From assembly GCF_964213995.1 (NCBI RefSeq), contig NC_135808.1:34286001-34350000 (forward strand): a stretch of DNA of 64,000 bases, given 5' to 3'. Made by a program: the position numbers and the translations under genes. Each line of letters starts with the position of its first letter. The first letter of the stretch is position 1. Source of the DNA: Mustelus asterias. Taxonomy: Eukaryota. This document shows positions 1 to 11,149 of this stretch, one piece after another. The notes beneath the pieces are model-generated. The model saw only the letters and a program-made list of their open reading frames with translations, was not told where the DNA came from and searched no databases.

Positions 1-552
1 GGGTAATAAATGCTGGCCTCGCTAGCAATGCTCACATCCCGTGAACGAATAAAAAAATTAAATATTGTTCAAAGATTGGTTCAATTCATAATGTATTGGT
101 GCTGGGGAAAGTGGAAGCTGTACACTCTTCACCTGAACCCTGCTGGTATAATGTTTCAATAAACCATATAACTGGCTGTAGCAGGAAAAGGGATTATGTT
201 AGAGGAGATATAGTGAATAGAACACACATTACACGGTAATAGAGCAGGCTGGCTATTTGGATAGACTGTGGCAAGATGGGACAGGGCATATAAATGAATG
301 CCGAAGCAGATAAGGGCAGAGATTGGAAAAATTGTAAGAGGACAGAGTTAAAGGCTCTGTATTTGAATGCAGACAGCATTTGTAATAAAATGGATGAATT
401 ATTTGATCAGATAGAAATAAAAATGTATGACCTGATAGCCAACACAGAGACATAGTTGAAAATTGGCCAAGCTTGGACCTGAATGCTGAAGCATGTTTCA
501 CACTTCAGAAGGATATGAAACAGGGACAGGTGCTGGGGTAGTCTGTTACTTG

Positions 553-850
553 GGCAGCACAGTGGTTCACTCTGCTGCCTGTCAGTGCCAGGGACCTGGG
601 TTCAATTCCGGTCTTAGGTGACTATATAGAGTTTGCAGTGTCTGCGTGGGTTTCCTCCGGTTTCTTCCCACAGTCCAAAGATGTGCGGGTTAGGTGGATT
701 GGCCATGCTAAATTGACCCTTAATGTCCAAAGGGAATTAATGGGGTAAATATATGGGGTTACAGGGGAGGGCCTGGGTAAGATGCCCTGTCGAAGAGTCA
801 GTGCAGCTCGATGGGCCAAATGGCCACCACCTACACTGTAGGAATTCTAT
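553..850 (+). mobile_element. HE1-type tRNA-derived SINE
   Basis: tRNA-like head (cacagtggtt...gggttcaattcc), core 'gtgggtttcctccgg...cccacagtccaaagatgtg', CR1-like tail ending 'ttctatg'. Confidence 0.85.
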
Positions 851-893
851 GCTTCTATGAAGAGCTGATCTTAACTTGAAAAAGCAAGTTATA

Positions 894-1750
894 GGGTGGA
901 ATCTTACCAGAAATGGCAAAGTGTCACGGTCTGACTGAAAATCCATGTTTCTTTCCAGAGAACACAGACTACGTCGCACCTCTCTCACACTCCTCACACT
1001 CGGGTCTTTTCAGAGAAACAGGCAGGTTTTCTTGCCAGATCTTATGGCACCTTGTCAACAAAAGGAGGGAGGGTGTGTTTCATGCTGCCATGTTGAGGAG
1101 TGGGGCCTAAACATGGTGGCAAAGCTGGTTGCATGGGGATTGGGGTGACATCTTTAAAGGGCACCCAGATCAGGCCTAGAAATAGCCACCCACTCCACCC
1201 ACCACAGAGATCTCAGGGGCTGTCCTTCCTCTTTCCCACTCCCACCTCCATGATCAACGTAGCATTCTCTTTGCCGCCGCCGCCATATCTAATATTCATC
1301 ACTGGCATCCCTGCAGCTCCAATGTTTGCTCCCCCTCCCACCACAAATAAATGAGTCCCTCCTCATGAGGCTCTCACTAGGGTCCGCCCCAGCATGAGTG
1401 CCAACCTGGGTCAGGGTCACTGCCCGGCCATTTCCCTCTCCCCCAGGGACTATACCCACCTTTATGTCCCTGGGGAGATCCCCACAACAGGTTCATGTCT
1501 GGGTGAACCTATTGTAAACCTCACAGACATGATGTCACATTGGCAAGGTTTGAAAATACAGCTGGGGGGCATATCGTGCAAGGGTGTTTAATTATATTGC
1601 AGTTAATTTAAATATATTGTAATCAGATTCATGCCCATTATGGGCATGAATCTGATTACCTCACGGGGCAATGAAAATCTGGGTTTTGCCAGATATTAAG
1701 CCCCTGCCGCTGATCCTTCGGATGGAGGGTGTGGGCTCAAATTTCCACTT
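894..1750. mobile_element. Non-autonomous DNA transposon (probably Harbinger-related) inserted in the old CR1
   Basis: Starts GGGTGGAATCTTACC and ends with a degenerate complement (aaatttccactt). CR1 sequence resumes on both sides. Confidence 0.45.
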
Positions 1751-1842
1751 GTAGAATCCGTTTGTGTAGAGATAAGAAGTAGGAACGATAACAGATCACT
1801 TGTCGGAGTAGATTATAGGCCCCTAATGGCAGTTACATTGTA

Positions 1843-2063
1843 GTAAGAAGTTTAACAACACCAGGTTAAAGTCCAACAGGTTTATTTGGTAGCAAAAGCC
1901 ACACAAGTTTTCGAGGCTCTAAGCCCCTTCTTCAGGTGAGTGGGAATTCTGTTCATAAACAGAACTTATAAAGACACAGACTCAATTTACATGAATAATG
2001 GTTGGAATGCGAATACTTACAACTAATCAAGTCTTTAAGAAATGAAACAATGTGAGTGGAGAA
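1843..2063 (-). mobile_element. Penelope-like element terminal (pLTR) fragment
   Basis: Same 'ctaccaaataaacctgttggactttaacctg' tail that follows the GIY-YIG ORF at 38320-38370. 'gtagtaa' on both sides is a possible TSD. Confidence 0.8.
1902..1938 (-). ncRNA. Minimal hammerhead ribozyme, degenerate
   Basis: Minus strand CAC-CUGAAGA-A-GGGGCU(uag)AGCCUC-GAAA-AC-UU-GUG. Core intact, stem III palindrome altered (AACU instead of AGCU). Confidence 0.6.
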
Positions 2064-2230
2064 GTAGTAAATTACTTGAGGGAGTGGTTCATGGGTGTCC
2101 TAACAGTAACCACGCTGTAGGATGGGATAGAGGAAATAATAGAGGTTTGTGATAAAGCTATAGCAATAATTATGGGTGATTTTAATCTAGATATAAATTG
2201 AATAAATCAGATTGGCAAAATGAGTTAATG

Positions 2231-2418
2231 TTTCTGGGAATTCTCCAATCCTCCCCCTCCCCCGTGATGGCTTTTCCCATGGCGGAGGTGGCTCACTGTT
2301 GGCCACCAGTGGAATCTTCCAGTCCTGCTGAAATCAGTAACAGTTTCAATGGCTTGTCCATCCTGCTGCTGAGAAACCCGCAATATATTGACTTCGGCAG
2401 GATCGGAAGATCCCATTG
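2231..2418. mobile_element. Short MITE (same type as 9613-9820)
   Basis: Ends 'gggaattctcc' and 'ggaagatccc'; internal similarity to 9613-9820. Confidence 0.5.
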
Positions 2419-3059
2419 GTGGGAAGAACTGGTGAATTTGGCCTTCTATAGCAACATGTTCCATAGCTGGCCGGAGAGCAAGGTGTTACAGATCTGATAA
2501 TATGCAATGACAAAGGATTGATTAATCGCCTCTTGGTAAAGGAGCTCCTAGGTAGCAGTAATCATGGCATGGATTTCACACTCAGTTTGGGGGAGAGAAG
2601 ATTGGGTTTATGCCTAGTTTTAAAACTTAAATAAAGCTAATTATGATGGTATGAAGACCCAGCTGGCTGCAGTGAACCGGGAAATTGGGTAAAAGGATAG
2701 ATCAGTAGACCTCATTGCGTCTTGGAAGTGCAGCAGAGAGGGAGAGATTCGCGAGAGGAGTGCTGCGGGTAAGCGCTGTTATTTTTAACTTACTTTTTCG
2801 CGGGTTTTTTCTTTAAAAATATCTAAACCCGGAAGTGGTCGCGCAGGGAGGTCTGGGAGAGAGAGATTTTTTTTTCCCCAATAAATTGGAACAGAGAGGA
2901 ATCCCGATACTCTACACTTGTAGAGTATCCCACCCTCCCTCCTCCTCTAACCTAAAAAAAGACCCAGTGAGAGCAGGGCTTTGGAGAAAACAGGAGGAGG
3001 AAAGGTAAGTTTAAAATTTTCATTCACTTTTTTTTCCCTGTGTGTTTAAAGGGGCAATT

Positions 3060-3977
3060 ATGAGTGTGAGGCCAGTATGTTGTTCCCAATGTAGGATGTG
3101 GGAGGTCCTGGAGGCTCCTAGCCTCCCGGACGACCATATCTGTGCTGGGTGTGTTGAGCTGCGGTTCCTAAGGGACCATGTTAGGGAACTGGAATTGCAG
3201 CTCGAGGACCTTCGCCGGGTTAGGGATAGTGAGGAGGTCATTGACAGGAGCTATCGGCAGGTGGTCACACCGGGACCACGGGAGGAGGGTAACTGGGTAA
3301 CAGTGAGGAAGGAGAAAGCTCAGTTGATGGTGAGCACCCCGGTGGATGTGCCCCTTAATAATAAGTACTCCTGTCTGAGTACTACTGGGGTGGACAACCC
3401 ACTTGGGGGAAGCAGCGGTGGCAGTGTCTCTGGAGCTGAGCCTGGCCCAGTAGTGCAAAAGGGTAAGGAAAGGAGGGTAGTGCTAATTGGGGACTCTACG
3501 GTGAGGGGGTCAGATAGGCGTTTTTGCGGACACAGACGGGACTCTCGGATGGTGGTTTGCCTCCCTGGTGCAGGGGTCCGGGATGTCTCTGGTCGAGTCC
3601 CAGAAATCCTGAAGGGGGAGGGAGAGGAGCCGAAGGTCGTGATGCATATAGGTACTGCTGACATAGGTAGGAAGAGGGAAGGGGTCATGAAAAGAGAATA
3701 TAGGGAGTTAGGTAGACAGCTGAGAAAAAGGAATGCAAAGGTAGTAATCTCGGGATTGCTGCCTGTGCCGCGGGAGGGTGAGAACAGGAATCGGTGGAGA
3801 ATGAATGCGTGGCTGAGGGACTGGAGCAAGGGACAAGGATTTGGGTACTTGGATCATTGGGACCTCTTTAGGGGCAGGTGTGACCTGTTTAAAAAAGACG
3901 GGTGGCACTTGAATCCCAGGGGGACCAATATCCTGGCGGGAAGGTTGGCTAAGGCTACTGGAGAGACTTTAAACTAG
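3060..3977 (+). CDS. CR1 ORF1p: zinc finger/leucine zipper plus SGNH (GDSL) esterase domain
   Basis: CxxC...CxxC (CSQC, CAGC), heptad LRDHVRELELQLEDL, esterase blocks IGDS, CLPGA, HIGT, DGWHLN. ATG at 3060; the ORF track starts at an upstream GTG. Confidence 0.9.
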   Translation: MSVRPVCCSQCRMWEVLEAPSLPDDHICAGCVELRFLRDHVRELELQLEDLRRVRDSEEVIDRSYRQVVTPGPREEGNWVTVRKEKAQLMVSTPVDVPLNNKYSCLSTTGVDNPLGGSSGGSVSGAEPGPVVQKGKERRVVLIGDSTVRGSDRRFCGHRRDSRMVVCLPGAGVRDVSGRVPEILKGEGEEPKVVMHIGTADIGRKREGVMKREYRELGRQLRKRNAKVVISGLLPVPREGENRNRWRMNAWLRDWSKGQGFGYLDHWDLFRGRCDLFKKDGWHLNPRGTNILAGRLAKATGETLN

Positions 3978-3982
3978 AAAGG

Positions 3983-6895
3983 TTGGGGGGAGGGAATCGG
4001 AATGAGGGGACTGAGAGTGAGGAGGTTAGCTCGCAAATAGATAAGGAATGTAAACAGGGTAAGAGGGAGGTTAGACGAGTGATGGAGAAGGGAAGTGCTC
4101 AGGCTGAAGGTCTGAGATGTGTCTATTTTAATGCCAGGAGTGTAGTGAATAAAGTGGATGAGCTTAGAGCGTGGATTGCTGCTTCGAATTGTGATGTGGT
4201 GGCCATTACGGAGACTTGGATGTCTCAGGGACAGGACTGGGTGCTTCAGGTGCCGGGTTTTAGATGTTTCAGGAAGGACAGGGAGGGAGGCAAGAGAGGG
4301 GGGGGAGTGGCACTGTTGATCAGGGATAGTGTCACGGCTGTAGAGAAGGTGGACGCCGTGGAGGGATTGACTACGGAGTCTCTGTGGGTGGAGGTTAGGA
4401 ACAGGAAGGGGTCGGTAACGTTGCTGGGTGTTTTCTATAGGCCGCCCAATAGTAACAGAGATGTTGAGGAGCAGATGGGGAAACAGATCCTGGAGAGATG
4501 TAGGAATAACAGAGTTGTCGTGATGGGAGATTTTAATTTCCCAAACATAGATTGGAATATCCCTAGGGCTAGGGGTTTGGATGGAGAGGAGTTTGTTAGG
4601 TGTGTTCAGGAGAGTTTCCTGACACAGTATGTGGATAAGCCTACTAGAGGAGAGGCTGTACTTGATCTGGTGCTGGCTAATGAACCTGGACAGGTGGAGG
4701 ATCTCTCGGTGGGTGAGCATCTTGGGGATAGCGATCATAATTCTATCTCCTTCACGATAGCATTGGAAAGAGATAGGATCAGGCAGGCTAGGAAAGTGTT
4801 TCTCTGGAGTAAAGGGAAATACAGTGTCATCAGGGAGGAAATTAGACGGGTAAATTGGAAGGAGGCATTCTTGGGGAAAAGTACCGAAGGAAAGTGGAGG
4901 ATTTTCAAGGAATGTTTGTCTGGAGCTCTGCATGACAACGTTCCGATGAGACAGGGGGGTGTTGGTAGGGTACGGGAACCGTGGTGCACGAAGGTTGTGA
5001 TGAACCTGGTGAATAAGAAAAGAGAGGCGTACAGAAGGTTCAGAGAGCTAGGAGGTGTTAAGGATTTAGAGGAGTATACGGGATGTAGGAAGGAGCTTAA
5101 GAAGGAAATTAGGAGAGCGAGAAGGGGTCATGAGAAGGCCTTGGCGGGTAAGATTAAGGAGAATCCCAAGGCTTTCTACAAATATGTCAAGAGTAAAAGG
5201 ATGAGATGTGAAGGCATAGGACCCTTAAAAGGTGAAGGGGGAAAAGTTTGTGTGGAACCGTTAGAAATGGCGGAGCTGCTTAATGAATACTTTACCTCGG
5301 TATTCACGGTGGAAAGGGATCTGGGTGGTTGTACTGCTGGTTTGCGGTGGACAGAAAGGATCGAGCATGTCGACATAAAGAAAGAGGATGTGTTGGAACT
5401 ATTGAATGGCATCAAGGTTGGTAAGTCGCCGGGACCGGATGGGATGTACCCCAGGTTACTGTGGGAGACGAGGGAGGAGATTGCGGAGCCTTTGGCGATG
5501 ATCTTTGCATCGTCGATGGAGACGGGAGAGGTTCCGGAGGATTGGAGGATTGCAGATGTGGTCCCTATATTCAAGAAAGGGAACAGGGACAGCCCGGGAA
5601 ATTACCGACCGGTGAGTCTAACCTCAGTGGTTGGTAAGTTGATGGAGAGGATCCTGAGAGACAGGATTTATGATCATCTAGAGAAGTTTAGTATGATCAA
5701 AAGTAGTCAGCACGGCTTTGTCAAGGGCAGGTCGTGCCTTACGAGCCTGGTTGAGTTCTTTGAAAATGTGACCAAACACATTGACGAAGGAAGAGCGGTG
5801 GATGTGGTCTATATGGACTTCAGCAAGGCGTTCGATAAGGTCCCCCATGCAAGACTTCTTGAGAAAGTGAGAGGGCATGGGATCCAAGGGGCTGTTGCCT
5901 TGTGGATCCAGAACTGGCTTGCCTGCAGAAGGCAGAGAGTGGCTGTGGAGGGGTCTTTCTCTGCATGGAGGTCAGTGACCAGTGGAGTGCCCCAGGGATC
6001 TGTTCTGGGACCCTTGCTGTTTGTCATTTTCATAAATGACCTGGATGAGGAAGTGGAGGGATGGGTTGGTAAGTTTGCTGACGACACCAAGGTAGGTGGT
6101 GTTGTGGATAGTTTGGAGGGATGTCAGAAGTTGCAGCGAGACATAGATAGAATGCAAGACTGGGCGGAGAAGTGGCAGATGGACTTCAACCCGGATAAGT
6201 GTGTGGTGATCCATTTTGGCAGATCCAATGGGATGAAGCAGCAGTATAATATGAAGGGTACCATTCTTAGCAGTGTAGAGGATCAGAAGGACCTTGGGGT
6301 CCGGGTCCATAGGACTCTTAAATCGGCCTCGCAGGTGGAGGATGCGGTCAAGAAGGCGTACGGCGTACTGGCCTTCATTAATCGAGGGATTGAGTTTAGG
6401 AGTCGGGAGATAATGCTGCAGCTTTATAGGACCCTGGTTAGACCCCACTTGGAGTACTGCGCGCAGTTCTGGTCACCTCATTACAGGAAAGATGTTGAAG
6501 CCATTGAAAGGGTGCAGAGGAGATTTACAAGGATGTTGCCTGGATTGGGGGGCATGCCTTATGAGGATAGGTTGAGGGAGCTTGGTCTCTTCTCCCTGGA
6601 GAGACGAAGGATGAGAGGTGACCTGATAGAGGTTTATAAGATGTTGAGAGGTCTGGATAGGGTAGACTCTCAGAGGCTATTTCCAAGGGCTGAAATGGTT
6701 GTTACGAGAGGACACAGGTTTAAGGTGCTGGGGGGTAGATACAGAGGAGATGTCAGGGGTAAGTTTTTCACTCAGAGGGTGGTGGGTGAGTGGAATCGGC
6801 TGACGTCGGTGGTGGTGGAGGCAAACTCGTTGGGGTCTTTTAAGAGACTTCTGGATGAGTACATGGGATTTAATGGGATTGAGGGCTATAGATAG
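3983..6895 (+). CDS. CR1 ORF2p: apurinic-type endonuclease plus reverse transcriptase
   Basis: 970 codons without a stop. EN motifs NARS, ETW, YRPP, GDFN, LDL, SDH; RT motifs YRPVSL, KAFD, PQGSVLGP, FADD. Starts at TTG; first ATG at 4082. Confidence 0.95.
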   Translation: MGGGNRNEGTESEEVSSQIDKECKQGKREVRRVMEKGSAQAEGLRCVYFNARSVVNKVDELRAWIAASNCDVVAITETWMSQGQDWVLQVPGFRCFRKDREGGKRGGGVALLIRDSVTAVEKVDAVEGLTTESLWVEVRNRKGSVTLLGVFYRPPNSNRDVEEQMGKQILERCRNNRVVVMGDFNFPNIDWNIPRARGLDGEEFVRCVQESFLTQYVDKPTRGEAVLDLVLANEPGQVEDLSVGEHLGDSDHNSISFTIALERDRIRQARKVFLWSKGKYSVIREEIRRVNWKEAFLGKSTEGKWRIFKECLSGALHDNVPMRQGGVGRVREPWCTKVVMNLVNKKREAYRRFRELGGVKDLEEYTGCRKELKKEIRRARRGHEKALAGKIKENPKAFYKYVKSKRMRCEGIGPLKGEGGKVCVEPLEMAELLNEYFTSVFTVERDLGGCTAGLRWTERIEHVDIKKEDVLELLNGIKVGKSPGPDGMYPRLLWETREEIAEPLAMIFASSMETGEVPEDWRIADVVPIFKKGNRDSPGNYRPVSLTSVVGKLMERILRDRIYDHLEKFSMIKSSQHGFVKGRSCLTSLVEFFENVTKHIDEGRAVDVVYMDFSKAFDKVPHARLLEKVRGHGIQGAVALWIQNWLACRRQRVAVEGSFSAWRSVTSGVPQGSVLGPLLFVIFINDLDEEVEGWVGKFADDTKVGGVVDSLEGCQKLQRDIDRMQDWAEKWQMDFNPDKCVVIHFGRSNGMKQQYNMKGTILSSVEDQKDLGVRVHRTLKSASQVEDAVKKAYGVLAFINRGIEFRSREIMLQLYRTLVRPHLEYCAQFWSPHYRKDVEAIERVQRRFTRMLPGLGGMPYEDRLRELGLFSLERRRMRGDLIEVYKMLRGLDRVDSQRLFPRAEMVVTRGHRFKVLGGRYRGDVRGKFFTQRVVGEWNRLTSVVVEANSLGSFKRLLDEYMGFNGIEGYR

Positions 6896-7759
6896 GCCTA
6901 GAGGTGGGGATGTGATCGGCGCAACTTGTGGGCCGAAGGGCCTGTTTGTGCTGTGGCTTTCTATGTTCAATGTTCTATGTACCTGCATTAGCAGACATTT
7001 AATGAAATATTTCATAACACTCAGCAAACATACATTCCAGAAAGAAAGACTCTGGGAAAGGCACACCAGCCGTGGCTAACTAAGGAAGTTGAAGATGGTA
7101 TCAAATTGAAGGAATTCCATAAAGATTAATCACAGGCCAGAAAATTGGACAGAATATAAAAACAACAAAGAATGACTAAATAATAAGGGAAAAATACTGG
7201 AATCAAGCCCTTTGGACGGAGAATTGAAAACTCTGTCTTGTAAGCTCTAGCAGTCCTCCTGATGCACCCAGAACAACTTCCCAGAACACCAGGGAGACTC
7301 TAGGCAAAACCACCAATAGCAGATTCTTTCCTTCAGGAAGGCAAGAAGCCTTGCTTTCAGCTAACCAGCAGAATTTCCAAAGCCAGAGAGAGAGGCATTT
7401 ATTTCCAGCTTGATGTCCCTTCTAAAACTCAAACTGCAACCAAACAAAAAGTGAAACCTTAAAATCACTAGGAAGATTTTTTTTAAAAGTCCAGAACCTA
7501 TGACCTTCTTCCTAACCATGCAGAGTTAGAAAAGATCCCAAAGTAAAAATAAATAAACCCCATTCAAGTAGCAATAAAAGGACTCCTAGAGACATCACGG
7601 CAGCAATTGAGAGCTGAGAGCTACAGAGAACATGATTTTTTTTAAAATCTCTTAATGGTACACTAACATTACATTTGTCGAGTATGAAAGAAAACTAGCT
7701 ACAAATATAAAACATAAGAATTTATATGGGGTATTTACACAGGTAAAAAATAAGTAAAT

Positions 7760-8925
7760 GGAAGATGCCTCACAAAAGGTTGCTGCAGAAGATTAGGGTA
7801 CACGGAGTTGGGGGTAAAGTGTTAGCATGGATTGAGGATTGGCTATCTAACAGGAAGCAGAGAGTTGGAATAAATAAGTGCTTTTCTGGTTGGCAGTTGG
7901 TGACTAGTGGCGTGCCGCAGGGATCTATGCTAGGGCCTCAACTGTTTACCATATACATAGACGATCTGGAGGAGGGGACCGAGTGTAGGGTAACAAAGTT
8001 TGCGGATGACACAAAGATGAGTGGGAAAGCGAATGGAGGATGCGGAAAGTCTGCAGAGAGATTTGGATAGGCTAAGTGAGTGGGCGAGGATCTGGCAGAT
8101 GGAGTATAACGTTGACAAGTGTGAGGTTATCCACTTTGGAAGGAATAATCGTAAAATGAACTGTTACTTAAATGGTGAAAAATTACAACATGCTACTGTG
8201 CAGAGGGATCTGGGGGTCCTTGTGCATGAATCGCAAAAACTCAGTTTGCAGGTGCAGCAGGTAATCAAGAAGGCAAATGGAATGTTGGCCTTCATCGCGA
8301 GGGGGATGGAGTATAAAAGCAGGGAGGTCTTGCTGCAACTGTACAGGGTACTGGTGAGGCCGCACCGAGAGTACTGTGTGCAATTTTGGTCCCCTTATTT
8401 GCGGAAGGATGTATTGACCTTGGAGGGGGTACAGAGAAGGTTCACCAGGTTGATAGCGGAGATGAGGGGGTTAGCTTATGAGGAGAGATTGAGTAGACTG
8501 GGCCTGTACTCGTTGGAGTTTAAAAGGCTATGGGGAGATCTTATAGAGACATATAAGATAATGAAGGGGCTAGACAGGGTAGAGGCAGAGAGATTCTTTC
8601 CACTTAGAAAGGAAACAAGAGCTAGAGGACACAGCCTCAAAATAAGGGGGGTCAGTTTAGGACAGAGTTGAGGAGGAACTTCTTCTCTCAGAGGGTAGTG
8701 AATCTCTGGAATTCTCTGCCCATTGAAGCAGTGGAGGCTACCTCGTTAAATATGTTTAAGTCACAGGTAGCTAGATTTCTGATCAATAAGGAAATTAAGG
8801 GTTATGGGGAGCGGGTGGGTAAGTGGAACTAAACCACTATCAGATCAGCCATGATCTTATTGAATGGCGGGGCAGGCTCGAGGGGCTAGATGGCCTACTC
8901 CTGCTCCTATTTCTTATGTTCTTAT
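7760..8925 (+). mobile_element. 5'-truncated CR1 (RT 3' half, frameshifted)
   Basis: ORFs 7765-8070 ([12 protein letters not shown]) and 8021-8671; tail 'ttcttatgttcttatg'. Confidence 0.9.
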
Positions 8926-8997
8926 GAATGGCGGATGGTGAAAGAATTCAATAGATAATTTGCCTCCCTCTCTACTCTATAGGGTGCAAATAATATT

Positions 8998-9322
8998 GGC
9001 AGCACGGTGCCACAGTGGTTAGCACTGCTGCTTCACAGCGCCAGGGACCCAGGTTCAATTCCCAGCTTGTGGTTACTCTCTGTGGAGTTTGCAAGTTCTC
9101 TCCGTGTCTGCGTGGGTTTCCTCCGGGTGCTCCAGTTTCCTCCCACAGTCCAAAGATGTGCAGGTTAGGTTGATTGGCCATGCTAAATTGACTCTTAATG
9201 TCAGGGGGACTAGCAGGGTAAATACATGGGGTTACAGGGATGGGGCCTAGGCGGAATTTTTGTTGGTGCAGGTTCGATGGGCCGAATGGCCTCCTTCTGC
9301 ACTGTAGACATTCTGTGATCTA
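8998..9322 (+). mobile_element. HE1-type SINE
   Basis: Full head, core and tail as at 553. Confidence 0.88.
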
Positions 9323-9612
9323 TAATGATGAATATCTCAGAAATTATCATGAATCAAGAGGTGATAGGGAGTGAAGAACTTAAAATAATTATAATCAGCT
9401 GGTAAAGAATACTGATAAAATTATTAGAATTAAAAGCTGAAGTTATATTTTCTGATGGCGAAGATAGGTAGGAAAGTAAGTTCTGAAGGGGACATATGGA
9501 GTCTGCAAAGGAACATCATTTGGTCAAATGAGTGGACAAAAATTTGGCAGATAGAGAATAATGAGGAAAATGTGAATACGTCCACTTTGGCAGGAGGAAT
9601 AGTAAACAGCAT

Positions 9613-9820
9613 GGATGAGATTCTCCAACCTCCCAGCCACGTGTTTCCCGCAGGTGGGAGGTGGCGCATTGTTTGCTGGTGGTGGGATTCTCTAGTGCCG
9701 CCGTTGTCAATGGGAGCCCATTGATGTCACCCCACACTGGCAGGAAACCCGCGGGTGGGAGTACCCTACCAGCAGGACCAAAGAATTCCACCGGTGTGAA
9801 TGGCCAGAGAATTCCGACCC
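9613..9820. mobile_element. MITE with Harbinger-like termini
   Basis: Ends GGATGAGATTCTCC and AGAGAATTCCGACCC, resembling the 45419 terminus GGGCCCGATTCTCCC; interrupts CR1 sequence. Confidence 0.55.
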
Positions 9821-11149
9821 ATATTAACTAAATGGAGAAAGAGTGCAGAGGAATCTGGGTGTCCTTGTACATGGATTATATAATGATGTGGTAGGTAGTA
9901 ATTGCTGTGCTGACTAATTCCAAAGGGAAACTTGATCAAGTTATCACAACAGTTTGCAATTCGTATTTTATTAGGGAAGGTATGCACTCTTGATTTCAGG
10001 AATAATAAATGTAATGTTGCTTTTAAATATTAAATTAAAGAAAATTTAAACATATGAGATTATACTTACACAGTTACATTTAGTCTAACAACTCCCAAAA
10101 GATTTCTACTTCGCTAGAGTTTCAGATAAACACACTTTTTTCCAGGCAACAATCCCTATAGATTCTTAATCAATAAAAACTCCAGCAAAGTACCCACTAT
10201 TACTATAGCGGAAGTATTTCACAGGACTTCTCTCTCTCACTCAACAATAGAAACCCAAGGTTTGTAACACAACCTTACTTTCTGAAAGAAACACTTGAGG
10301 GGTGGCTAGAAACTGTTTACTTCACAGATCTGTTCTCAGCACAGCATCTCAAAGTAATACAGCACCTTACACTAATTTAGCACCTTACACTAATACACTT
10401 CCTTAAACCAATACAGCCCCTTCAACTGATACAGTCACCCCAAATGATTCAGTCCTGCCAACAATACAACTCCTCAAAATATACAAATACAGAGTCCAAC
10501 TGATGCAGACTCTCCAACCAATATAACCTCTCAAATTGAAACAGACCCTCCAACAGGCCCAGGCCTTCAATTTGACACAACCCCTCAAACTGAAACAGAC
10601 TCTTGGGGGTAATATAAAATAAGACAGAAGACAATATAAAATAAGGGGTAAAATTGTTAAGGGGTGCAGAAGCAGAGGGCCCTGAGTGTATCTGTGCATG
10701 GATCATTGAAGGTGGCAGATCACATGTGGAGAGCTGTTAATAAGGCAAATAGTGTAATGGACTTTATTAATAGGGGCACAGAGTACAAGAGCAAGGAGAT
10801 TCTGCTTAACTTATGCCAAGACACTAATTAACCTCCATTGGAGTAATGTGTACAGTTTTGGATGTCAACTAGGAAGATGTGAACGTATTGGAGAGAGTGC
10901 ATAAGACATTTACAATAATGGTTGCAAGAATGAGAATCTTCCATTATGAGGATAGATTGGAGAGTTTGGGACTGTTTTGCCTGGAGAGAAGGCAGCTAAG
11001 AGGAGATTTAACTTTCAAAATCACGAGAGGGCTGGACAGAGAATAATAGGGAGGAACTGCTCCCACTCATAAAAGGATCAAGAACCAGAGGGCACAGATT
11101 TAAACTGATTTGCAAAAGAAGTAAATGTGATGTGGAGAAAATCTTTTCA

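Larger units (their letters stand above)
2713..6980 (+). mobile_element. Full-length CR1 LINE with both ORFs open
   Basis: 5'UTR, ORF1, ORF2, short 3'UTR ending in (TTCTATG)-type repeats; ACCT direct repeat at 2709-2712 and 6981-6984 (TSD). Confidence 0.93.

Noticed and set aside
3060-3977. Captured host lipase/esterase gene
   Set aside because: The SGNH esterase is a known domain of CR1 ORF1p.
3974-4933. Long antisense ORFs over CR1 (also 42955-43758)
   Set aside because: Shadow frames of open retroelement ORFs with no recognisable motifs.
8998-9075. tRNA genes at SINE heads
   Set aside because: A/B-box-like heads run into the SINE core and tail; no complete cloverleaf.
7200-10600. Unassigned islands (7200-7670, 9885-10340, 10340-10600) as possible MHC exons
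   Set aside because: No Ig C1 motifs or clean splice-bounded frames. They look like LTR relics and a short degenerate tandem repeat, but could not be classified by eye.
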